NCBI GenBank assembly: GCA_030167865.1
Contig: JALAGF010003843.1
Coordinates: 62,001 to 97,890, forward strand
DNA: 35,890 nt
Direction: 5' to 3'
From: Craspedostauros australis
Taxonomy: Eukaryota
Position numbers and translations under genes: made by a program. The notes under the pieces were generated by a model, which was not told the origin of the DNA, did not search any database, and worked only from the letters and a program-made list of their open reading frames with translations. Below are positions 9,721-19,577 of this stretch, piece by piece. Every line of letters begins with the position of its first letter. Position 1 is the first letter of the stretch.

Positions 9721-11772
9721 ATGATCGAGATGATGGAGACGCATGGCAGGAAGAGACAGCGTCGGATGAGATCGTTGATGCCGTGGCTGGCGTCAGTCTT
9801 CGTGTGCTCGCTCGTGAACACGGCGGCAGCCTTCGCTCCGACATTGCAGAACACTTGGCTGGAAAGGGTGCATCTCGTCACACCTCTGCGAGTACGGAGG
9901 CAGCGGCAGACGACGATTCGAAGACTCTGCGCACACCAATTGTGGGCATCCAGGAGTGCTACTCACGACATCAACAGTGTCAACAGCGGATACGACACCG
10001 ATGATCACCTGCAGGATGCTGACTTTCTCCATGACGCGGATGATACAGAGATTGACGAGTACGATGACCACGACGAAGACTTTGGCGCAGACGTTGGTGC
10101 AGACTTTGACGCAGACGTTGATGCAGACGTTGACGCAGACTACGGCGGAAACAGCGAGGGCGACGAGGACGTGGAGGTGTCGGATGCCGAAGCCTTGCTT
10201 GCCTGCTTCACCTACCTGCAGCGAAGGAAAAAGATGGGTTCCTGGAAGGATGATGACTACCGCAAAATGCAGAAGGCGCAGGTCCTGTCCACGGATTATC
10301 CCTACGATACCGTCTTCATGATCAACAACAACGGCAGCGGCGAGGACGACGACGATGGCGATGAAGACGCTCACGCCAGCGCATACGACTTTGCTGATAC
10401 CTCCAGTCACAGTGTGGTCGATAGCGACGTCGATGCTTTCGTCAATGTCTGGGGTGTTGGCGCACCTGCTGCTTCCAGACCCACGCAGAACGACGCGGAT
10501 CATCTCAACCGACAATCCGAACCTTCGCAGGAGTATCCGCAAGTGCAGGACGCGCCTCATGATGCCAATGGTGATTACGATGATGATGTCGAAGGCGAAG
10601 ACTACTACGACGACGACGATGATGACGATGATGAATACATCGTTGAGTACGATGCGGACAGCGTCACTGCTGGAATGGACGCAGGCGGTGCCAACCTCGA
10701 CACGTTCCCGGGTGTTGCGCAACTGCCAGTTCAACCTGCCAACATTCACTTCATCGGCGAGTTCACATCCTTCCCTTCCGCTCCCACCGAATCCAGAATC
10801 CGCCGATCGCAGGCCGCCCAGCGCAAGTGGTCCAACCCAGAATTCCGATCACGTTGGTACGAGAAGAGGTGGGGACATAAGCTTGACGCGCAAATTGACG
10901 CGGACAAGAATCGGCAGCTTCTCGAACGCGTCCGAGCATTGCCGCAGGATTTTATGGGATCGGCAGAACTGGCATCCATGTCGGAGGATCAGATCCGTTA
11001 TGCAATCCAATCCTACGTCGCGGCCAACAAAAAGCGAGCGCGGTCGCATCATACGCTGCACGAGAATCGCAGGCGGGCTCTGGAGCGGGCGTCGAACGCG
11101 GAAACGGCCGATGGCGGCGCAGCAATAACGAGCGACGACGACGACGATGAGGAACCATTGCCCAGGGACTTTCTGTACAGCGTCGACGCGAACAAGATGA
11201 AGCTCCAGCGCGAGCAGAGGGCGAAGCGCGCCCAGGCCATCTACGAGAAGCGCCTCGCGAATCAGGCCAAGAAGAACAAAACGGTGGAAGGGACCAACCT
11301 CAAGGCCACCAGTCAATGGTCTAAACCAAGCTCTGGAAGACTTAACGACCAAAACTCAACGATAGATGCCGCCTTCTTCATGGAGGATGAGAGCATTGAC
11401 GCAACCAAGGACAACGACGACGATCCTCGTTCCGCCTTGTCGAGGATTCAATGCGATCTCGATCAAGATATCCTGCCGACATCTAGGGATCTCCAGACCA
11501 TGCTCAAGCCAATCCGCATGCCGAAACGGAGGGCGATCCTGCGTCGCATCCTCAGCGAGAGGTATCAACTTCGTGGCAAATGCATACCGGCGAGGTGCAG
11601 TCAATCAAATGTCGACGTTGCTGCGAGTCACGAGGTCAACGACGATGAAGATGATTCATCGAATCTATTTGTCACGAACGCGCCCATCCAAGTCGTAGGC
11701 AGATTCGCTTTGGAGAAGATCTTGCAGGATGAAGCGAATCGGGCATCGGGGAAGGATCAGGGTCAGGAATAA
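9721..11772 (+). CDS. Uncharacterised plastid-targeted protein, acidic N-half and basic C-half (likely start ATG 9766)
   Basis: 683-aa ORF; signal peptide ending TAAA-FAP (ASAFAP-type), Arg-rich transit region, Asp-rich tracts, basic motif RKWSNPEFRSRWYEKRW. Confidence 0.8.
   Translation: MIEMMETHGRKRQRRMRSLMPWLASVFVCSLVNTAAAFAPTLQNTWLERVHLVTPLRVRRQRQTTIRRLCAHQLWASRSATHDINSVNSGYDTDDHLQDADFLHDADDTEIDEYDDHDEDFGADVGADFDADVDADVDADYGGNSEGDEDVEVSDAEALLACFTYLQRRKKMGSWKDDDYRKMQKAQVLSTDYPYDTVFMINNNGSGEDDDDGDEDAHASAYDFADTSSHSVVDSDVDAFVNVWGVGAPAASRPTQNDADHLNRQSEPSQEYPQVQDAPHDANGDYDDDVEGEDYYDDDDDDDDEYIVEYDADSVTAGMDAGGANLDTFPGVAQLPVQPANIHFIGEFTSFPSAPTESRIRRSQAAQRKWSNPEFRSRWYEKRWGHKLDAQIDADKNRQLLERVRALPQDFMGSAELASMSEDQIRYAIQSYVAANKKRARSHHTLHENRRRALERASNAETADGGAAITSDDDDDEEPLPRDFLYSVDANKMKLQREQRAKRAQAIYEKRLANQAKKNKTVEGTNLKATSQWSKPSSGRLNDQNSTIDAAFFMEDESIDATKDNDDDPRSALSRIQCDLDQDILPTSRDLQTMLKPIRMPKRRAILRRILSERYQLRGKCIPARCSQSNVDVAASHEVNDDEDDSSNLFVTNAPIQVVGRFALEKILQDEANRASGKDQGQE
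10078..10146 (+). repeat. In-frame 12-bp tandem repeat encoding DFGADVGADFDADVDADVDADYG
   Basis: GCAGAC(G/T)TTG(A/G)(C/T) unit repeated about 4-5 times. Confidence 0.8.
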
Positions 11773-12176
11773 CACCATGAGCATGGACATAGATGTATCG
11801 ACGCGTAATGGTCAGGACAGTACTCATTGAGGAGAGTATACAGATAGAACATACATCATACATATGTACTCCTCGCACAACTGATACCGCTGTGTCGTTT
11901 AGAATTGAAGATGCATCACTTGAGTACTGCTCTGGTGCGTGGAGCGGAATAGGTCCAGAAACCACTGTGTGCATTGATACTTGGAGTGTTGCGAGAATTC
12001 TCTACTCTAGCTCGTCCTCAGACTCTACTCTGCTGGTTATCGCATTTGAGAATGATTTCAGCATGAGCAAAATAAGCTATGAAGCTCGACAGGAGGAACT
12101 CCAATACTCGCATCCATAGCAGCCAACTCGCCGGCAACAGAGCTCAAATGATGACTGTGCACAGCAGGTATGATGC

Positions 12177-15100
12177 CTATCCATTCCCATTGGCACGTTG
12201 GCGTTGTCGTCTCGTGTGAGTTGACCTGTTGCTGCTTCCAAATTTGTTCGCTGATTCCCAGATTTCGTGCATCCTTGACAGAGTGTACCCGATCTCAGTT
12301 TGGCAGGAATCCACTACCTCCTTGGGTATGGACACGGGGATCTGGTAGACCGTGACGAATCCTGTACGCTTGGGCACCGGTCCACGCGCCTCGCTCGATG
12401 ATGACTCGGCGTCGCTTGTGATATTTGTCGTCGTGTACTGAACGTAGACTTCACCATTGATGTCGGCGAGGAGGGATGCTACTGACTGGATGGATGGATC
12501 TCTGGATAGCGACGGGATGACGGTGACAGACGATGGCGCGGCGTGAGTTTGAGATGAGATTGGAACCCGTTCCATCTCCAGCTCCACGAGTTTCTCATCA
12601 AATTCGGGATCGGTGATGTCTTCGGTGTCGTTGCCATGAAAGTTGGTGACGCAAGTTGCAATGAGGTAACGATCACATTCGACGTTCATGTCAGTGGCAG
12701 CATCCGCGTGGGATGAAGGTGATATTGGCAACTCGTCGGTTTGTGCAAATAGCCTCGTTTTGCTGCATTTGATGTTCATGCGTGTGTACCACGGGGTTGG
12801 TTCCATGAAAGCAGCGTAGCTCCCGTTGTTGTAGCTGTTGTTGCCATTGCTGATCGGTAAGTGGGATGACCCGGAGAAACGTTTCTTCAACCGCGATGAC
12901 ATGGAATGCTCCGGGGTCTTCAGCGGCATGTCGATCTCGTCGTCAATCTTGTCATCAGGCTCGCTTTCGACGTCGCTTCCCAGGATATCACCGTCCTCCT
13001 CCAGCAACGGCCCATTGAAGTGAAGGTCGCTGTAGGAATCGTAGATGCTCTGCACGCTGGCCATGCCGGTCGAGTCCGCATGGATGCTGCTGTCACGGCG
13101 ATGGGCGGATTGCTGCCAGCATTCTTCCTCCGCATCGGCAGCCTTTTGTGTGTGCTGCTGCCGCTTGAAGATGGCATGGCCGATGATGTTGAGGGTCGGG
13201 CGGAAGATGTAAAGGTCGTTGATGGATACGAGGGGTGGCACTGTGGAATCCAAATCGACGCGGATCCTCATCATGAGCTGCTGCCCCGCTTTGGGCGGCA
13301 CGGGATTGTGCAGCGACGTTTGCGTGCTCAGGATGGTGCTGTGGCTGTGCGTGCTGCTGTTGCCCATGCCCGCGCCAGCCCTGTTACCTGGGAGCATCTC
13401 CAGCACCTGGTTCAAATGATCGATGAGGTCCATCATATCCGTTGCCTGAGTTAGATTGGTCGAGGATCCGGAGAGCTTGCCATTGAACTGCGTGAGGAAG
13501 ATCGTGCGTCGCTGCCGTGTGCTCATGTCCTTCTTGCTGCTCTGGCTGTGCATGGACGACGATGCCAGAGAATATGCATGCTTGGTCATGGCGAGCTGCT
13601 GTGATGCGAATGAACTGTTCACGCCTGCTGCGTTTGACTCATCTGGCACGCGGTGTGGTGATCGTGTGGTTGCGCTCGCCCTTCCTGCCAGCGTCGCGTT
13701 CGTGCTGCGTTTGCTAATTCGGCTGTGATTCATGGCGTCGGCGCCGAAGTTGTTGGTGGGATCAAGGCCTGAGGATCCCACAACGTTGGTTGACGCGGCG
13801 CCATAGGCCTTCGTAGTCTCACCGATGCCGCTGCTGTCGCTGCTGTTCGTAGTGCTGGTATTTCTGCTGATTTGTTCTGGAAGGGACGATTCATCCAAAA
13901 TCATTTGCTGTTGCCGGAATTGCCATTCCAGCATGTGGATGACGGAGGTGATGGTCAAGACATCGGAGACGTTGAGGGCCCATGGTTCACGATGCAGCAC
14001 GCGTTGCAGATCATCCTTGGAGTGTTGCAGGGTCTGCTGCGACTCATTCAAGATCTGCTGGAATTGAGACGGAGGCGTTGCCGATGAAGGCATCGTCGAT
14101 GTTCCTGTTGTCGCTAGTAGCTGGGGTGGTATTGGAGGCGGCGGCAATATCATCGATATTGGTTTGTCATGAGTTGATCGAGACCTCAGCGATGTCGACA
14201 ACGTCGCTGCTGTTGTCGATTTCTGAATGCGGAGCTCGTCGACGTTGTGTCGGATGGTGCCGTCGCCTGCCTTTCTCGGTTCCGAGTAATACGGCTGTTT
14301 GGTGTTGGGTATGGTGAAATTGATGTCGGGAGACCCAGTGGGCGTGGTAATGCCTGCCGTCGTTGTCGTTTCTGCCGCCGTTGTTTGCTGCGACGGTGAC
14401 AGCGATGCCGTGCCATGGCGATCGGGCAACGCAGTGGCATTTGAGGTGCGGAGCGTGGAGGATGAATGCGCGGGACCGGCATTGGCGAGAGGCGGCATCC
14501 CGCGCAGCTGGCGTTCCAGGTGGTGCACGCGCGTCTGCTGCTTGTTGATGGCCCTGGTTCGGATGAGTTCATTTCTCCTTGTGACGAGCACGTTCATGAT
14601 GGTGTTCGCCATCTCCTGCAGGATGAGTTGTTGGCGTTGCGATAGACTCTGCGGACGCGGGCGCGGCGAGATGATGCACAGGGTGCCCAGCTTGTATCCT
14701 GACATGGGACAGACGAGAGACGCCCCCGCGTAGAATCGTATCTTGGGACCGCCGACGACCAAATTGGCATCCTTGAAACGCTCATCTTGAAGAGCATCCG
14801 GCACGACCATGACGGTGGAATGCTTGTAGAGGATGGTGTGGGCACAGAAGGCATCTCGGCGCGACGTTTCGGTGGTGTTGCCCGACAGCGTCCCGATATT
14901 GGAGAGGAACCACTGGCGGCCGACATCGACCAGCGAGATGAGCGCGATCGGGACGTCGAACACCATGCTGGCCACGCGCGTCATCCTGTCCAGCTCTTCC
15001 TGGTAGTGCAGCGCGCGCTGCATGGGTGTGCCAGGTACGAACAAGCCATCGCCGTTGTCCTTGTCGCTGCCTTCAAATCTGCGATTGGCTTTGCCGTTCC

Positions 15101-15989
15101 TCGATTTGTGGCCACCAATGTCATGGTCGTCGCGAATGTCATCATCGTCATCATCGTCGTCGTTGTTATTGTCATCATTGTCATTGTGGCTTTCCATTGG
15201 TTTGGTGTCCTGTCCATGTTTTCCGCGATCGGCGCCCCCGTCTTGCAGCTCGGAGGAGCCCATCATCTCGAGATGCTCCAAGATCTGGTACGATTCCAAG
15301 ACTTCCAACCGCTGCGCTTCTTCCTCCACGGTCTGCGGTTGAGACATCTCCGGCATGAACTTGGGCAATTTCCAGTCCACCTCTCGTGCATCATCCTCTT
15401 GGTTTGCATCCGCCCGATTGGCCACGGACAGCATTTGCGATGGCGGCGATATTGACATCGCGGCTGTCGTGGACAGCGACAGCGTGGATGGGCAGTATGC
15501 TTGCGGCTGCGGCGCGGTCATCTTGGAACTCGTGAGGATGTCGAGAAGCGTCGTCGATGCGCTGCCCTCGAGGCTGTAATCGAGGATGGATGCATTGGAC
15601 GTGCGTCTGCGCCGACTGTGCTTGTCGCGTCGCAGCGGGTTCTTCAGCGTGAATCGTCGGCCATGACGCGTCTTGCGCGAGGCGCTGCTGCTGCTGCTCA
15701 TGCCGTCCACGTTCTCCAGCTTGCGAAGCTCGTTGGGCTTGCCGCGGCGGCTCCTGCTCCTGCTTCGATCTCGACCATCGCTCTTGGTCTTTCCCCCAAA
15801 CACCCTCTGCGATCTGATGGGGGCTTCGCCGTCTCTCTGGAAGTCGCCAGAAGCCGACAGCGAACTGGAGCCCTGCCCATGATCCAGCGCTGCGGCATCG
15901 CCAGAGGCAAACGTCGAAGCGGACGCCGAGGCACCTGCTTTGCGATTCTTCGAGGATCCCGACAGCAGATCCCGGAAGAGACCCTTCAT
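12177..15989 (-). CDS. GAF-domain sensor protein with a degenerate histidine-kinase (HATPase)-like C-terminal region
   Basis: About 1270-aa ORF (ATG 15989). GAF core at ~14585-15000: LDRMTRVASMVFDVPIALISLVDVGRQWFLS...RRDAFCAHTI...VVPDALQDERF...GGPKIRFYAGASL...GYKLGTLCII. Preceding helix EEEAQRLEVLESYQIL. Confidence 0.88.
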   Translation of the reverse strand: MKGLFRDLLSGSSKNRKAGASASASTFASGDAAALDHGQGSSSLSASGDFQRDGEAPIRSQRVFGGKTKSDGRDRSRSRSRRGKPNELRKLENVDGMSSSSSASRKTRHGRRFTLKNPLRRDKHSRRRRTSNASILDYSLEGSASTTLLDILTSSKMTAPQPQAYCPSTLSLSTTAAMSISPPSQMLSVANRADANQEDDAREVDWKLPKFMPEMSQPQTVEEEAQRLEVLESYQILEHLEMMGSSELQDGGADRGKHGQDTKPMESHNDNDDNNNDDDDDDDDIRDDHDIGGHKSRNGKANRRFEGSDKDNGDGLFVPGTPMQRALHYQEELDRMTRVASMVFDVPIALISLVDVGRQWFLSNIGTLSGNTTETSRRDAFCAHTILYKHSTVMVVPDALQDERFKDANLVVGGPKIRFYAGASLVCPMSGYKLGTLCIISPRPRPQSLSQRQQLILQEMANTIMNVLVTRRNELIRTRAINKQQTRVHHLERQLRGMPPLANAGPAHSSSTLRTSNATALPDRHGTASLSPSQQTTAAETTTTAGITTPTGSPDINFTIPNTKQPYYSEPRKAGDGTIRHNVDELRIQKSTTAATLSTSLRSRSTHDKPISMILPPPPIPPQLLATTGTSTMPSSATPPSQFQQILNESQQTLQHSKDDLQRVLHREPWALNVSDVLTITSVIHMLEWQFRQQQMILDESSLPEQISRNTSTTNSSDSSGIGETTKAYGAASTNVVGSSGLDPTNNFGADAMNHSRISKRSTNATLAGRASATTRSPHRVPDESNAAGVNSSFASQQLAMTKHAYSLASSSMHSQSSKKDMSTRQRRTIFLTQFNGKLSGSSTNLTQATDMMDLIDHLNQVLEMLPGNRAGAGMGNSSTHSHSTILSTQTSLHNPVPPKAGQQLMMRIRVDLDSTVPPLVSINDLYIFRPTLNIIGHAIFKRQQHTQKAADAEEECWQQSAHRRDSSIHADSTGMASVQSIYDSYSDLHFNGPLLEEDGDILGSDVESEPDDKIDDEIDMPLKTPEHSMSSRLKKRFSGSSHLPISNGNNSYNNGSYAAFMEPTPWYTRMNIKCSKTRLFAQTDELPISPSSHADAATDMNVECDRYLIATCVTNFHGNDTEDITDPEFDEKLVELEMERVPISSQTHAAPSSVTVIPSLSRDPSIQSVASLLADINGEVYVQYTTTNITSDAESSSSEARGPVPKRTGFVTVYQIPVSIPKEVVDSCQTEIGYTLSRMHEIWESANKFGSSNRSTHTRRQRQRANGNG

Positions 15990-16122
15990 CTCGAGTGTCA
16001 ACAGCCTCCTCTGCTCGGGCGCTTGCGGCTGTTTCTTGGCGCGCTTTTGCTATTATTATATAATACTGTATGATAATATAGAAGAGAAGTTTTAATAGGG
16101 TATTGGTCGAGTAGACTGGAAC

Positions 16123-16210
16123 AGTATTGGTATTGGTATTGGTATTTGTACACCCTCTGGAATCAAGTCCAGGAGCAATGGAGCAATGGAGCAATGAAGC
16201 AATGGAGCAA
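16123..16210. repeat. (GGTATT)~4 and (GGAGCAAT)~5 short tandem repeats upstream of the GAF gene
   Basis: Read directly at 16123-16147 and 16172-16210. Confidence 0.8.
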
Positions 16211-18304
16211 GGAGAGAGAGAGAACAGAAGCAGCGCGCTCCGTTGTTTGAGCCGAATCAACCAAGGCTCCCCAATAAACCAATCGGAGAGGTGCGAGTTG
16301 CTTTCGATTGCCGCCAACCTCGCTGGCGCACTGTTTGCTCCCTTCAACATCGATGAAGCTGCGCCTGTGATCGCGACAACGCCAACGCGTTGCAACACCA
16401 ACCGGAGGAGCAAGAAGATCACACACCAGGACACCACAGGACATGCACAACTTTCCCCAGAGAATTCCTTTGATGTGTCGTGCGGACTCACGGCCAAACG
16501 CAGTCACGAGTCATTGGCACCGAGACTCTAACCAAGTACGGTGTTCTGCGACAGAAACTCACAAAGGACATCTCGTCACCATCTGCTGTTCGTAGAATGT
16601 CGCATGAGCGGCCATGGAATTGTCGCTGCTCGGTGTCCGAACACTCTGACTCGTGCGTTAAAGCAACTTGTGCTACTTCTACCTGCATTCCATTTATCAT
16701 CGGGCTTATTCGTGTTGTGTTCAAAGCGCTTTTTCGCGCAGAACGGATAGAGAGTCCTTGTTGCAGATACGTTTCGAACTGAAGACGATCATACTTGTTC
16801 CAGTATTGGTACATCAGTATTGAGTCGGTACGATACACAGATACCAGATGTCAGGTATCACAACGTGGCTATGACGCGCGTGTTGGAGGCACCGCCTTCA
16901 CCATTTGGCGCGATCAGAGCCGTGGTCCAGCGACATCGTGTTCGCAAGAAACGGATTTTCAGGTCCAAAAAGGGCCATATGTGTTCACAAGAGGGCCAGT
17001 GCACGAATAGAACTATGTGGGTGACTTCACATCTCTCTTCACAAATGGAAGTCGAAGAATGTGCATTGGGGGCTCATCGCGAAACCTTGGTGCTTAAGTG
17101 CCCCGCCACTATCGCCGCCCCATGCCCGATTCAGCGCCGCATTCTTCCCTCCTTCTACTTGTGCCCCCGCTGTCGCCCTGGGCTAATGTGATTCTGGTGC
17201 TGTTTTCTGGGTGATGATGGCCCGTGCACGGATGATTAACAGTATCATACGGGCAAGAGCTTGCTTCTTCTCGGGGGACAGATGAAGTAGGCGCTCTACC
17301 AACGATGAAACCGGAATGCGAGGACGCAGAAGACTACGCTGGTGACCACAGCGGGTATGAGCTACACGGAACAGAGCAAGGCGCTGTGTTGTGGAACCAG
17401 ATTGGATTTGCTCGTGTGACAATGTCCTACCAGCCCAGAACAGCGTTGCCTGCCTGTGCGATGGTATAAGAGAAGGAGAGAAAAGAATGTTGACGCAAGT
17501 ATGAAACGGAAGACCCAACGATTTCACGCCCATGGCCGGAGAGGAAAAGACCGACGCAAACAACCACACTCAGCGTGGAAGAAAAAGACCGAGAAAGTGG
17601 AGGGCTGCCGTTGTGTGTGACAAGAACACGCACAAACAAGTGATGAAGTGTAGTGTTGTGTTGTGCAGCAAATCTCTCTCCCAACCAGCGATTTGGTGCA
17701 ACTCCCACCACCGTCAGTGGCTCTGCTCACCTTCTGTCGTGGACCTGCGAACAGAGAGAAATCAATTCCCTCCACAATCACGGAGCCCAGAACGCTTCGA
17801 GGAGCGGCTCCCTGCTTCCTTTTGCCTTTCCGCGACCCTTTGTCGAGCCTCCGGGCAAATTCTGGGCCACACAGCCACGACAACGTCACCGTGTTAGAAT
17901 CAGCCACCGTCGCAATGATATGTGTATCGTGACAAAAAGCACGACGAACCCATGGCGTCTGTGTCTTCGCGTCGAGGGCCCTTGTTTGGATGACCCAACG
18001 TGCGAGTGCATAAGTATGGCTAAGTTCGCACACATTCACGAAACGCGCTTCTCCTTTCGACATCTCACGTCCCAAACTCACCTTGCCTTGTTCGCGAGTG
18101 CTATTTCGTGATCACGTTCTCCTGGAGGGGAAAGGAAGGACAGAGGATGACCATCGAAGCGCTCCAATTGCCAGAAAATGACCATGGACCACCGGTCAAG
18201 AGGAAGTGATCGCAATTGCTCACGGCACACAAGAGACATGATGGTGCGGTAGGTATTGGGCTCGCAAGAGTAAACGGCATCAAATCGTGTGACAACAACG
18301 TGGG

Positions 18305-18360
18305 CATCAGCATGAACATCAGCATGAACATCAGCCATGAACATCAGCCATGAACATCAG
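18305..18360. repeat. 12/13-bp tandem repeat CATCAG(C)CATGAA x~4.5
   Basis: catcagcatgaa x2, catcagccatgaa x2, catcag. Confidence 0.85.
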
Positions 18361-19386
18361 GAGCAACATCGCCAAACAATTAGAGCAGAGTCGAGTGTTC
18401 GAACCAGTGTCGCAAATCACGATCGAAAACATGGATGGGGTGTGATACTCAGACATGCTCTACGCGGTCTGCGAGTATGATACGAACCAAGCAAACATGG
18501 ATGGAGGGGATTTTATTTTCTTTTTGTGTCATTCGCCCTCGTGTCGCAGACGCTGTGATTGTCGCCTCGTATTGGTTCTCACCATCGATGGTATCGAGTG
18601 GCTCGTGCTGACCCACCATACTCCTCCACCAGCTTTGGTGCAAGCACGAGCACATACGGGTGCCCACAGCGCTCTGCTGAAATTCTTACTACCTTTCCGC
18701 ACAGGTCGCGCAACTCTTTCACGGTTGTGCTGTTGGCACTTGTTCCCTGTTGGTGCTCAAGGCAGTTGGTCATTTCGCCCGGTCCGAAATCGTGGCTGTG
18801 CCCTGTAACTTGTGCACACACACAAGTACCAGCCTCCAAAACGCAAAATCTCATTTTGCTCTGACTGTGTGCGAGAAACCGCAACAACACAAGGAGGCGA
18901 TACAACAACCACGACCAATGCACCACCACCACCAACACACAACAGAAGAAAAGCACAAAAGACGGTACAGAGAACAAGGCAGAAAATACGGCGCCAACAG
19001 CACCCAAGCTGCGGTTCCAGAATCTGGACCAGCACACAGTTCGTAACACACGCAAAGCGCCATACTCGCAACATACAATACTCGTGCAGCGCACAACAGC
19101 ACAGCACAACACCACACCCCATCACAATCACAATCACACCAGCTCCGACCAGGATTACTCCACAACAAGCACCACCAAAACACAAAAGCAAACTCATTCT
19201 ATCGACCACTCTTACATACGCAGGCAGGAATAGACGATCAAAGCTGCGAACAGTGTTGAGGCATCACTCGTGGGAAAGAACGCACTTTCGCAACAAGTCC
19301 CCGATTCCGCCGTTAGTTGTCGCTGTGCGCTTTGCATAACTGCCACAACTGCGAACAGAGCAAAGCAGAAACAGGAGACACCTACT

Positions 19387-19435
19387 ATACAGATACATAC
19401 AGATACATACAGATACATACAGATACATACAGATA
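19387..19435. repeat. (ATACAGATAC)~5 decamer tandem repeat upstream of the HA-domain gene
   Basis: Read directly. Confidence 0.9.
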
Positions 19436-19577
19436 GAGTAACTCAACAGAGCTCGCATCCAACAACGAGGGCAGACAACAGTGTCATACAGAGATAGTAC
19501 GGAAGCGACTGCAACGGCGGCACCACCAGCAGCAGCGCCGAAGAAAGTAGAACTCTGCTCTATAATCTCGTACCAGC

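Noticed and set aside
18305-19435. Tandem repeats as a CRISPR-like array
   Set aside because: Head-to-tail units with no spacers, eukaryotic context, no cas genes
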